A DNA stretch of 55,432 nt from Candidatus Micrarchaeota archaeon. GTDB lineage: Archaea > Micrarchaeota > Micrarchaeia > Anstonellales > Bilamarchaeaceae. Positions 46,737 to 55,432 of the stretch are shown here, in pieces. The number at the start of each line of letters is the position of its first letter. Position 1 is the first letter of the stretch. The position numbers were made by a program, and so were the translations under genes. The stretch lies in contig CAYSWK010000005.1 of the NCBI GenBank assembly GCA_964434735.1, forward strand, positions 1 through 55,432. The letters are read 5' to 3'. The notes beneath the pieces are model-generated. The model saw nothing but the letters and a program-made list of their open reading frames with translations. It was not told where the DNA came from and did not search any database.

Positions 46737-47912
46737 TTAGTGTCGCGTACCATGTCTGAATTGCACTTTATGGCTGAGAATATAGCCTCGTGAAATCAAT
46801 ATAAATAATGCCATAAAGAGTGCGCAGAGTGCAAACGCAACTTGAAATCCGAAAGCAACAACGATAAACCCGGCAACTCCAAGACCTATAAATTCGGCAA
46901 AACGGTAAGGGACGTGGATCATCCCAATATCAAGGGAAACCCAACCGTCATTATCAATGGTGTGGAATACTACCTCTTCAAAAATGACTCCGCCTGCCCC
47001 AAGCCCTACGGCACAAAGGAACATGATGAACGGAAGGTAAGGCATAGGGACTAAGGGAAACGCAAGCAGCGAAAGTGCCGAGCAGCTGATCGCAATGAGA
47101 TATATGCTCTCATCTGAAAGTTTTAACCGTTTGCAACTTTGGACGGTAAGAATATATCCAAGGGAAAAGAGGATAAGTAGGCTGCCCATCTCTATCAGTT
47201 GTATTCCGCGCATTACACTTAGAAAAACAGGGATAAGGTATCCAAAAAGCGGTGCGTCAGGTATCGATGCGCATATCATAATCAGTGTGGGTGTAGTCCA
47301 GTATTGTGGTTTTGTGTATCGTTTGACTGCCTTTGCCAGTGAGATTTTTTTCTGAAGGGGTTTTCCGTCAGAAAGTACGTATGCAAGAAGTATGATGATT
47401 CCTCCAACTGCGCCAAGTATAAGAAATGCACTATCAAATGAAAGTGCGAATAATCCCATAGAGACTACGAACACGCGCCCCAATAAGCTTCCAGCACTGC
47501 GTACTGAAAGCATAAGAGACGCAAATTGTTCCTCGTTTCCTTTTTTTGCAACGCGGTATATTTGCGTTCGTACTACTGCCCAAAATCCGGACGTGCTTAC
47601 TCCTTGGGCCACACGCGCAACTCCAAAACCAAACGGCGTTGTGGAAATAAGGAAAATAAAGGGGGCGATAATTCCAAATATTCCATTGATGACAAATACG
47701 GTGCGCGTATTTATGATGTCTCCAACAACAGAGAGTATGAGTCTAACGAACATAAAAACAAACGGGAGAATGGCAAGAACAAATCCGATAGATTCAAGGG
47801 AAAATTGCTTTTGAATAAGGTATATCGGAATAATAAGTTCAAGTGCCGCCGTAAGGAAGTTATTGGCGATATTGATGCCTGCGAGGCTGTATACATCCGA
47901 TTTTTTTGTCAT
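46737..47912 (-). CDS. MFS transporter
   Basis: About 12 TM segments, GDIINTR motif-A-like, RVAQGV. Confidence 0.88.
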   Translation of the reverse strand: MTKKSDVYSLAGINIANNFLTAALELIIPIYLIQKQFSLESIGFVLAILPFVFMFVRLILSVVGDIINTRTVFVINGIFGIIAPFIFLISTTPFGFGVARVAQGVSTSGFWAVVRTQIYRVAKKGNEEQFASLMLSVRSAGSLLGRVFVVSMGLFALSFDSAFLILGAVGGIIILLAYVLSDGKPLQKKISLAKAVKRYTKPQYWTTPTLIMICASIPDAPLFGYLIPVFLSVMRGIQLIEMGSLLILFSLGYILTVQSCKRLKLSDESIYLIAISCSALSLLAFPLVPMPYLPFIMFLCAVGLGAGGVIFEEVVFHTIDNDGWVSLDIGMIHVPYRFAEFIGLGVAGFIVVAFGFQVAFALCALFMALFILISRGYILSHKVQFRHGTRH

Positions 47913-47913
47913 G

Positions 47914-48684
47914 CTACTTTTCCTTTTTCTTTTCCTTGCGGGGGTCCTTCATTTCAAAGGGAAGGTCGAATTTTTCGCTGAATTTTTCTTCTTTTTCCTC
48001 CTTAACCTCTTCCTTTGGCATTTCTTTCTCTTCTTCTTTAGGCGGAGTTGCGGGCGCCATCTTATTCAGTGCTTCCTTTGCAAGCTGTTTTATCCTCGCG
48101 CGCTCGCTTGCCTCGCGAATTTGCCTTCGTAGTTCCTCTTCCCTTTGGATTTCTTCAGGCGTTTTTATTTTTTCAGCATCTTGGGAAACTGTTTCCTGTA
48201 CAATCGGAGCTGCTATTGCCGGGGTTTCCTGAGCAGTCGGTTGTGTTTGCGTATCTCCTTTTTTCCAAATCCTAAAACCGAGGTATGCCCCAAGCATGAA
48301 CGAAGGGACGTTTAATGCGGCAATAATAATTGCGCCGATTACTACAAACGTTTTGAGTGCAGCTTCAATGTTACAAAGCCCCGAACTGAGTGCAATAGGA
48401 TCACAAAGCGATTGTATTGTTTTCTTGCCAAGGATTATCTCTGCAAAAAAAGTGGGGGCAATAAAATAGATTACAAACATGAGTATGCTTGCCAGTACCG
48501 CAATAGTTGCAAGTGGTCGTATCGCAGGAGGGAATGTACTTATTTCATTGTCCTGGTCACGAAAGAGTTGGGAATACGAAACAATTCCTGCAACTATTCC
48601 GCCCACAACAGGAAAAAAAGAGGTAATTGTAGAAAAAAGAACCAATCCGATTTGTTTTGGCTTGGTTATTTCCATGTTCGTCAT
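47914..48684 (-). CDS. Membrane protein with charged cytoplasmic tail
   Basis: Three to four TM segments then Glu/Lys-rich tail; ATGA overlap with rpl15e. Confidence 0.75.
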   Translation of the reverse strand: MTNMEITKPKQIGLVLFSTITSFFPVVGGIVAGIVSYSQLFRDQDNEISTFPPAIRPLATIAVLASILMFVIYFIAPTFFAEIILGKKTIQSLCDPIALSSGLCNIEAALKTFVVIGAIIIAALNVPSFMLGAYLGFRIWKKGDTQTQPTAQETPAIAAPIVQETVSQDAEKIKTPEEIQREEELRRQIREASERARIKQLAKEALNKMAPATPPKEEEKEMPKEEVKEEKEEKFSEKFDLPFEMKDPRKEKKKEK

Positions 48685-49205
48685 GCCTTAACATGCTTTT
48701 TTCCGAACTTATCCGAGGCACCACGCGATTTTCTTCCTTGAGACGTAAGTCCACGGAATGCTCTTCCTTTTCGTGCGGTTACTTTTGTGTCGACCGTCTT
48801 TTTGGTTGGATCGACTAATAACACTTCGAAGTATTTGTAATTTCCATCTTCCCCAATCCAGTACGAATTGAGAACTTCAAGGTTTTTGTAAATCCTGTTT
48901 ACACGCTGTTCTGCAATGAGTTGGTGGCTTTCCTGTGGCTGAACTACTACGTAGTTGTGCCTTGGTTTTCTTCCGCCCATAGGTACACGTCGTCTTCGTC
49001 TTCCTTTTCCGATTCGTGTCCTTACAACAACATATCCTTCCTTTGCCTTGTACCCGAGTCTTCGTGCACGTGCAATGTTTGTTGGCAATTCTACCCTATT
49101 GAAAACGGGTTCCCGTCTCCAGGAGTGGATTCGTTCAACATACGCACTTGAGCGTTCCTTGTATTCTTTTTGGAATGTCTCTTGAATGTACTTATAAGCA
49201 CCCAT
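48681..49205 (-). CDS. rpl15e: 50S ribosomal protein L15e
   Basis: MGAYKYI, RARRLGYKAK, NLEVLNSYW, YKYFEV. Confidence 0.98.
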   Translation of the reverse strand: MGAYKYIQETFQKEYKERSSAYVERIHSWRREPVFNRVELPTNIARARRLGYKAKEGYVVVRTRIGKGRRRRRVPMGGRKPRHNYVVVQPQESHQLIAEQRVNRIYKNLEVLNSYWIGEDGNYKYFEVLLVDPTKKTVDTKVTARKGRAFRGLTSQGRKSRGASDKFGKKHVKA

Positions 49206-49355
49206 AGTAACACCTAGCTGTTTGAAAATGCATCAATTATTCTATTTCGTAGGCTTTAAAAGCTTGCTACTTTGCAAAATGTGTTTTTACCAGTTGCCAA
49301 GCTTTTTATAATTGAGCGCCGAATACGCATCAAATCGTATTTAGGGTGGGGAAAT

Positions 49356-51731
49356 ATGAAAAACGTACTATGGTTTAGTGAGCTTACTAAAAAAAGCATC
49401 GGCGAGGCAGGGGGAAAAGGCGCAAATCTTGGTGAAATGACTCAAGCGGGATTTCCGGTTCCTCCTGGTTTTGTAGTTACAAGTGGCGCGTATTTCAAGC
49501 ATCTTACTGCAAACGGCCTTACAAACGTAATCGAGCAAGAACTCAAGGGTCTTGATGTGAATAATAACGATGCACTTAATGCCGCAAGCGAAAAGATAAA
49601 AAAACACATTCTCGATTCACGAATGCCGGACGATATTCGTCACGACATTATTGTTTCATACAAGCAATTGTGCGACCGCATTGGCCGTGAATTGTTTGTT
49701 GCCGTCCGTTCGAGTGCAACTGCCGAAGACCTGCCAACTGCAAGTTTTGCAGGTCAGCAATCGACATACCTTAACGTAAAGGGGCAAGATCATGTCGTCC
49801 ACATGGTTAAGGAATGCTGGGCATCGTTGTTTGAGCCTCGTGCAATTTACTATCGAGTGCAAAATCATTTTGAGCATATGAAAGTCGGTCTTGCGGCTGT
49901 CGTGCAGATGATGGTGCAATCCGAGCGTTCGGGTGTCATGTTTACGGTTGATCCTATTACTCAAAATCGTTCGCTTATTTCCATTGAAGCTGGATACGGG
50001 CTTGGTGAAACGGTTGTATCGGGCCAGATTACTCCCGATTCGTATCGTGTTGAAGCAAGCAATATGGCCATTGTCAAAAAGGACATCTGCCGTCAAACCT
50101 GGATGCTCGTAAAAATCGGCGAAAAGAACCAGCGTGCAGATATCAAGGATGAAATGCAAGACAAACAGAAACTTACTGATGCGGAAATTGTTGAGCTTGC
50201 AAAAGTTGGTTTAAACATCGAAAAGCACTATGGTTATCCTCAAGATATCGAGTATGCATTTGAACGGGGTAATTTGTACATTGTTCAATCAAGGCCCATA
50301 ACAACCTTGACTGATAAGAAGGGACTTGAAGGCGCAAGCCACACGGAGCCTGCAGTTGGACATACGGGTGAGATTATGGAAGAAAAATCAAAAATCGATA
50401 TTTCAAAAGCAAAAGTACTGGTAAAGGGTTTTGGTTCCTCACCTGGCGTTGGCACGGGCAAGGTAACGATCATCATGAGCCCAAAGGAAATTTCACGGAT
50501 GAATAAGGGAGACATTCTTGTTACGGACATGACGACTCCTGATTTTGTTCCCGCAATGAAAAAATCTGCAGCTATCGTAACCAATACGGGCGGAATGACT
50601 TCGCATGCAGCAATCGTTTCGCGTGAGCTTGGCATCCCTTGCATTGTCGGAACCCAGAACGCAACTACGGTTCTTAAGGAAGGAATGGATGTTACGGTCG
50701 ATGGAAGCCACGGCGTCGTATATGAAGGTATTGTCGCATTAGCAAAGGAAGATGATTCCTCAACAAAACCGGTTATGATGGCAGGTGAATCAGCACCTAT
50801 CACCGGGACAAAGATTTACGTGAATTTGGCAGAAGTTGAATTGGCTGAAAAAGTCTCAAAGCTTCCGGTTGACGGTGTCGGTCTTTTGCGTGCAGAATTT
50901 ATGATTGGCGATATTGGAGAACATCCAAGGCACATGCTTGAAACCGGTCGTTCCCAGGAGTTTGTTGATAAGTTGGCAGAAGGTTTGCGAAGGTTTGCGG
51001 CAGCATTCCACCCAAGACCCGTTGTTTATCGTGCAACGGATTTCAAGACAAATGAGTATAGGAATTTGACGGGCGGTGAAAAATACGAGCCACAGGAAGC
51101 AAACCCCATGATGGGTTACCGCGGCGCTGCAAGGTACATTCAGGAGCCCGAGTTGTTCAAGCTTGAGTTGCTTGCAATCAAGAAGGTGCGTGATGAATAC
51201 CATCTTCGAAACCTGTGGGTCATGATTCCGTTTGTTCGAAGGATCGGCGAGCTTCGCGCTATTAAGGAAATGATGCGCGCTGAAGGTTTGTTCCAGACGC
51301 GGGATTTCAAGCTCTGGATCATGGTTGAAGTCCCATCAACCGTTATTTTGATCGACCAGTTCTGTCAGGAAGGGATCGATGGCATTTCAATCGGCACCAA
51401 TGATCTTACTCAATTGACTTTGGGTATTGACCGTGACAATGCAACCTTAGCGGCAGGATTTGATGAGCGAAACGAGGCCGTTTTGCGTTCGCTTGAACGA
51501 GTCATTCGTGTATGCGGCAAATATGGCGTAACTACTTCTCTTTGCGGCCAGGCACCTTCCGTGTATCCTGAGTTTGCTGAGAAGCTGGTTGAATTTGGCG
51601 TTACTTCCATGTCGGTTAACCCCGATGCTGTTGAGCGCACGAGAAAGATTGTTGCAAGTGCAGAAAAGAGGATTATGCTTCGCAGGCTTGCCCAGCTTAC
51701 GGCGCCTAAAGGCGATGACCTTCTTTACTAA
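49356..51731 (+). CDS. ppsA: Phosphoenolpyruvate synthase
   Basis: GGKGANLGE, AVRSSATAED, SFAGQQ, GGMTSHAAIVSRELG, SIGTNDLTQ; start set at MKNVLW. Confidence 0.97.
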   Translation: MKNVLWFSELTKKSIGEAGGKGANLGEMTQAGFPVPPGFVVTSGAYFKHLTANGLTNVIEQELKGLDVNNNDALNAASEKIKKHILDSRMPDDIRHDIIVSYKQLCDRIGRELFVAVRSSATAEDLPTASFAGQQSTYLNVKGQDHVVHMVKECWASLFEPRAIYYRVQNHFEHMKVGLAAVVQMMVQSERSGVMFTVDPITQNRSLISIEAGYGLGETVVSGQITPDSYRVEASNMAIVKKDICRQTWMLVKIGEKNQRADIKDEMQDKQKLTDAEIVELAKVGLNIEKHYGYPQDIEYAFERGNLYIVQSRPITTLTDKKGLEGASHTEPAVGHTGEIMEEKSKIDISKAKVLVKGFGSSPGVGTGKVTIIMSPKEISRMNKGDILVTDMTTPDFVPAMKKSAAIVTNTGGMTSHAAIVSRELGIPCIVGTQNATTVLKEGMDVTVDGSHGVVYEGIVALAKEDDSSTKPVMMAGESAPITGTKIYVNLAEVELAEKVSKLPVDGVGLLRAEFMIGDIGEHPRHMLETGRSQEFVDKLAEGLRRFAAAFHPRPVVYRATDFKTNEYRNLTGGEKYEPQEANPMMGYRGAARYIQEPELFKLELLAIKKVRDEYHLRNLWVMIPFVRRIGELRAIKEMMRAEGLFQTRDFKLWIMVEVPSTVILIDQFCQEGIDGISIGTNDLTQLTLGIDRDNATLAAGFDERNEAVLRSLERVIRVCGKYGVTTSLCGQAPSVYPEFAEKLVEFGVTSMSVNPDAVERTRKIVASAEKRIMLRRLAQLTAPKGDDLLY

Positions 51732-51804
51732 TTTTTTCTTTTCTTTTAGCGTTTGAATAGATATATAAATTTCTCCATTTATTATCACTTTATTACGGAT
51801 TATT

Positions 51805-51888
51805 ATGAGAATACTTTTGCAGTTCCCCGATCTGCTTGAAACAAGTTTCAAGTTTCCAGAAATTGGATTACAAAAAGGTGAGATCTAA
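51805..51888 (+). other. 27-aa upstream ORF echoing the Dph2 N-terminus with recoded codons
   Basis: MRILLQFPDLLETSFKFPEIGLQKGEI-stop; TAATG overlap with dph2; internal inverted repeat at 51835-51852. Confidence 0.75.
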
Positions 51889-52799
51889 TGCGTATTTTAC
51901 TCCAATTTCCGGAAGGGCTCAAAAAAGAGGCTCTTAAATACCAGGAAAAATACGAAAAGGAAGGCCACGAGGTGTTCGTGGCGTGCGCCCCTTGCTATGG
52001 CGGATGCGATCTTCCAATTGATGAAGCGCGTTGGATCAAGGCAGATAAAATCGTTCATTTTGGCCATGAAAAGTTTGTGAAAAAAGATTTGGATGTTGAA
52101 ATTGAATATATCCCCTATTATCTTGACGTCAATCTTGATTCGGTTATGAAAACGTTTGAGCAATTGAAGCAATACAAAACCATTGCGCTTGGAACGACTA
52201 TCCAACACATTCACCAATACGAAAAAATGTGTGAACTTCTAAAGAGCAAGGGCCATGAAGTTGTTGCAGACAAGGGATACTGGGCAATCAAAACCGGACA
52301 AATTCTTGGCTGTGATTCCCTTTCATTGAAGCGCGTTGCATTCAAGGCCGATGCATGCGTTATTGTTGCAGATGGGATGTTCCATCCTTTGGCAATAGAT
52401 ATCGAAGATAAGCCCGTATTTGTTATTCATCCGCAAACGGGTGCAATGAACCAGATCAATGATGAAATTATTCGCTTACGAAAAAAGAGGCGTGCAAATA
52501 TCATTGCTGCAGTTGATGCAAAGACCTTTGGAATTCTTGTTTCAACAAAAGTTGGGCAGTTTTTGCTTGGACCTGCCGACCGCATCAAGAAGGAGCTTGA
52601 GGCAAGAGGCAGGAAAGCAATTATTTTAGTTGCAAACGAGCTTGAGCCGTTGCCTTTGCAGAACTTTATGTTGTTTGACTGCTATGTAAACACGGCCTGC
52701 CCAAGACTCGCAGACGATACTGATGAATTAGGCAAACCGTGTCTTAATTATGATCAGCTGAAGGAAGCATTCAAGATAATGGATGAGTTGAAAAAATAA
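51888..52799 (+). CDS. dph2: Diphthamide biosynthesis enzyme Dph2
   Basis: LLQFPEGL, CYGGCD, HFGH, QILGC, NTACPR. Confidence 0.96.
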   Translation: MRILLQFPEGLKKEALKYQEKYEKEGHEVFVACAPCYGGCDLPIDEARWIKADKIVHFGHEKFVKKDLDVEIEYIPYYLDVNLDSVMKTFEQLKQYKTIALGTTIQHIHQYEKMCELLKSKGHEVVADKGYWAIKTGQILGCDSLSLKRVAFKADACVIVADGMFHPLAIDIEDKPVFVIHPQTGAMNQINDEIIRLRKKRRANIIAAVDAKTFGILVSTKVGQFLLGPADRIKKELEARGRKAIILVANELEPLPLQNFMLFDCYVNTACPRLADDTDELGKPCLNYDQLKEAFKIMDELKK

Positions 52800-52844
52800 A
52801 TCGTTAGAACTCAATTGAAATGAATTGATTTTTTTGGGCGTATT

Positions 52845-53186
52845 TTATTTGAATTCTTGGATTTTTATTTGAGGTTTTGATTCGAGTATTTCTATTTCTC
52901 TTTTAATTGTTGGAGGTATGATAAATTCTCCATTTTTTACAAGGGAATTAAATCCGTTTTTTCTAGCATGGTCATATAATTTTTTAAGCAAGTTTTCCAT
53001 TTTTTCACTTGCACCTCCAAATTCTTCAACATATGCCGGGGCTTTTGATTGTTTAAATCTCTTTTGCATGTTTCTTAGGTTTCCAACCCTATCTGCCGTT
53101 TCATCAAAGTCAAACCGTTTTGTAAGCCACATCGAATCTTGTTTTCCAAATTCTATTTCTTTGGTCGCATATGCCATACTTACCAT
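52845..53186 (-). CDS. Hypothetical protein
   Basis: 113-aa ORF between convergent dph2 and divergent purC. Confidence 0.6.
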   Translation of the reverse strand: MVSMAYATKEIEFGKQDSMWLTKRFDFDETADRVGNLRNMQKRFKQSKAPAYVEEFGGASEKMENLLKKLYDHARKNGFNSLVKNGEFIIPPTIKREIEILESKPQIKIQEFK

Positions 53187-53258
53187 TTCCTTTGTTTCTT
53201 TTTATTCTTTTTTCTTTTTTTCAATAGCCTTAAAATCCCTTCAATCCGTATTCACTAT

Positions 53259-54122
53259 ATGAACGCCATTTATGAAACTCACCTTAGCTTGCCATTAGTT
53301 GGTCGTGGAAAAGTTCGGGATATTTATGATTTAGGCGAACATTTACTCTTAGTCTCAACTGATCGGTTAAGTGCGTTTGATGTTGTTTTTAAGGAGCCTA
53401 TTCCCCATAAGGGCGAAGTCCTTAATTCCATTTCAAAATTCTGGTTTGACCGGACAAAACATATTATCGAGAATCATTTGGTTTCAGATTCGGTTCCTTC
53501 AAGCCTTGGTGTTGATTCAAAACGCGCAATGGTCGTCAAGAAGGCAAAGCCCGTTATGCTTGAGTGTGTCGTAAGAGGATACTTGACCGGTTCAGGACTC
53601 AAGGAGTACAAGGAAAAGCAAAGCGTGTGCGGAATTCCACTTCCGTCAGGCCTTAAGGACGGTTCGGAATTGCATGAACCGTTGTTCACACCATCAACCA
53701 AGGCACCAAAGGGACAACACGACCAAAATATTACTTTGGATGAGGCAATCAAGATCATCGGCAAGGAAACGTTCGAGATCGTAAAACAAAAATCACTTGA
53801 ACTTTACAAATTCGGTAAGGCACACGCATTGAAATGCGGCCTTGTGCTTGCAGATACCAAATTTGAGTTTGGAGTCTACCAAGGAAAAGTTATTTTGATT
53901 GATGAAGCCCTCACTCCCGATTCATCTCGTTATTGGCTCAAATCGGAATATGAAAAAGGAAAACTCGTAAGTCTTGACAAGCAGTATGTGCGAGATTATT
54001 TGGAAAAATTGGGCTGGAACAAATCTCCTCCTCCGCCCGCATTGCCAGGGGATGTTATCGAGCATACTTCAAAACGCTATCTGGAAAGTTTTAGGATGCT
54101 TACGGGTCGTGACCTTGCATGA
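53259..54122 (+). CDS. purC: SAICAR synthetase
   Basis: GKVRDIY, TDRLSAFD, LECVVRGY, FTPSTK, DTKFEFG, DEALTPDSSR, DKQYVR. Confidence 0.97.
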   Translation: MNAIYETHLSLPLVGRGKVRDIYDLGEHLLLVSTDRLSAFDVVFKEPIPHKGEVLNSISKFWFDRTKHIIENHLVSDSVPSSLGVDSKRAMVVKKAKPVMLECVVRGYLTGSGLKEYKEKQSVCGIPLPSGLKDGSELHEPLFTPSTKAPKGQHDQNITLDEAIKIIGKETFEIVKQKSLELYKFGKAHALKCGLVLADTKFEFGVYQGKVILIDEALTPDSSRYWLKSEYEKGKLVSLDKQYVRDYLEKLGWNKSPPPPALPGDVIEHTSKRYLESFRMLTGRDLA

Positions 54123-55432
54123 CGTATACTTCAAAAAATCCCGCAACTAACCAGATATATGCCAGTTTTCAGCTTATAAGCGATGAGGAGGCAAAGTCTT
54201 GTGTTTCAAAAGCGCATGAGACGTTTTTGCATTGGAAGCAGTTTTCAGTACAACAAAGGGCAGAGATTGTTCGAAAGATAGGTGCCACACTCAAATCAAG
54301 AACCAAGGAATACGCAGAACTTATTACTCAGGAGATGGGAAAGCCTATCGGTCAGGCTATTTCAGAAGTTGAAAAATGCGCATTGATTTGCGATTATTAT
54401 GCAGACAACGCAGCTCAGTTTCTTGCACCGACCCATATCCAAACCAATCATGCTAAAAGTTTCATACGTTATGATCCGCTTGGAACTGTGCTTTTGATCA
54501 TGCCATGGAATTTCCCTTTTTGGCAGGTGATTCGTGCTGCAATTCCGGCAATTCTTGCAGGCAATATTGTCTTGCTTAAGCATTCACGAAATGTTCCCCG
54601 ATGTGCCCAGGAAATCGAGCAATTGTTCCTTGAAAGCTATCCTGCATATCCGTTGCTTATGAATCTTTTTGTTTCAGCAAAGCAAATTGAATCTCTTGTT
54701 TCCGGGGGTTTTATTCAGGGGATTTCACTCACCGGAAGCACTGAAGCAGGCATTCAGGTGGCGACATACGCTGGAAAACATTTGGTAAAGACTGTTCTTG
54801 AGCTTGGCGGAAGCGATCCCTTTATTGTGCTTGAGGATGCAGACCTTGAAAAAGCAGTTGAGATGGCTGTCATTGGAAGATTCCAAAATAATGGCCAAAG
54901 TTGCATTGCAGCAAAGCGCTTTATTCTTCATGAAAAAATTGCCAATAAGTTCATTGAGCAGTTTGTCAAGAAAGTGCAGACTCTCGTTGTTGGCGATCCG
55001 CTCAACCCTTCAACATACATTGGCCCTCTTTCGAGCGTTGAAGCCGCAAAGTTCATCCTTCTTCAACTTAAAGCCGCAAAAGACCAGGGTGCGCGTGTTT
55101 TGTGCGGCGGAGCGGCCCATTCGCGTGGAGGGGCCTACATTGAACCTACCGTTTTGCTTGTTAGACCTGAGATGCCTATAACTCAGGAGGAGTTCTTTGG
55201 TCCCGTTGCCCTGTTATTTGTTGTTTCGTCAACAGAGGAAGCAATTACGCTTGCAAACTCAACCAAATTTGGCCTTGGTGCAAGTATTTGGACTCGCAAT
55301 ATGAGTAAGGCTGAAACGCTTGCAAGCCAGCTTGATTCGGGAATGGTATTTATCAATTCCATCGTTAAGAGCGATCCTAAGCTTCCTTTTGGTTGAATAA
55401 AAAAATCCTGTATGGGGCGCGAAATGTCTTAA
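54119..55432 (+). pseudogene. NAD(P)-dependent aldehyde dehydrogenase (GabD/Sad-like) with a premature TGA at 55394-55396
   Basis: PWNFP, TGS, LELGG, GQSC, EEFFGP, LPFG-stop then IKKSCMGREMS, which matches the GGxKxSGxGRE motif. Confidence 0.8.

Noticed and set aside
51805-51890. Programmed -1 frameshift from the uORF into dph2 as a diphthamide sensor
   Set aside because: The -1 frame has TGA at 51879-51881 before the dph2 ATG, and no canonical slippery heptamer lies after it.
55394-55396. TGA read as Gly (genetic code 25) suggested by the in-motif TGA in the aldehyde dehydrogenase
   Set aside because: No other conserved gene has an internal TGA, and tyrS, eno, ABCE1, rpl15e and purC end normally at TGA.

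Overview
Chromosomal segment of an archaeon, most likely DPANN (Micrarchaeota-like; inferred from rpl15e, rpl10e, dph2, ABCE1, archaeal TyrRS, a class III signal peptide, TTTATAAA-type TATA boxes and GGTGA/GGAGG ribosome-binding sites). It carries housekeeping genes: nrdAB, pyruvate dehydrogenase with split lipoate ligase, eno, ppsA, pyrC, purC, guaAA, tyrS, scpA, sepF, a znuABC-type transporter with a NikR-family regulator, and several lipoproteins. These are interspersed with single orphan ORFs and a 1896-aa secreted multi-enzyme protein. I found no rRNA, tRNA, CRISPR array, integrase or transposase. The most unusual signal is at two loci (the 3' end of the HD gene before tyrS, and the 5' end of dph2), where a gene terminus is repeated as short synonymously recoded copies separated by about 30-bp hairpin spacers. 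Other highlights: NrdB has the class Ic (Mn/Fe, no tyrosyl radical) residue signature; nrdAB is flanked by two paralogous mini-HTH genes; an unannotated 8-Cys mini-protein ends the metal-uptake operon; a ComEC-like lipoprotein has lost its metal ligands. All calls come from reading the sequence and motifs by eye; no database searches were run.
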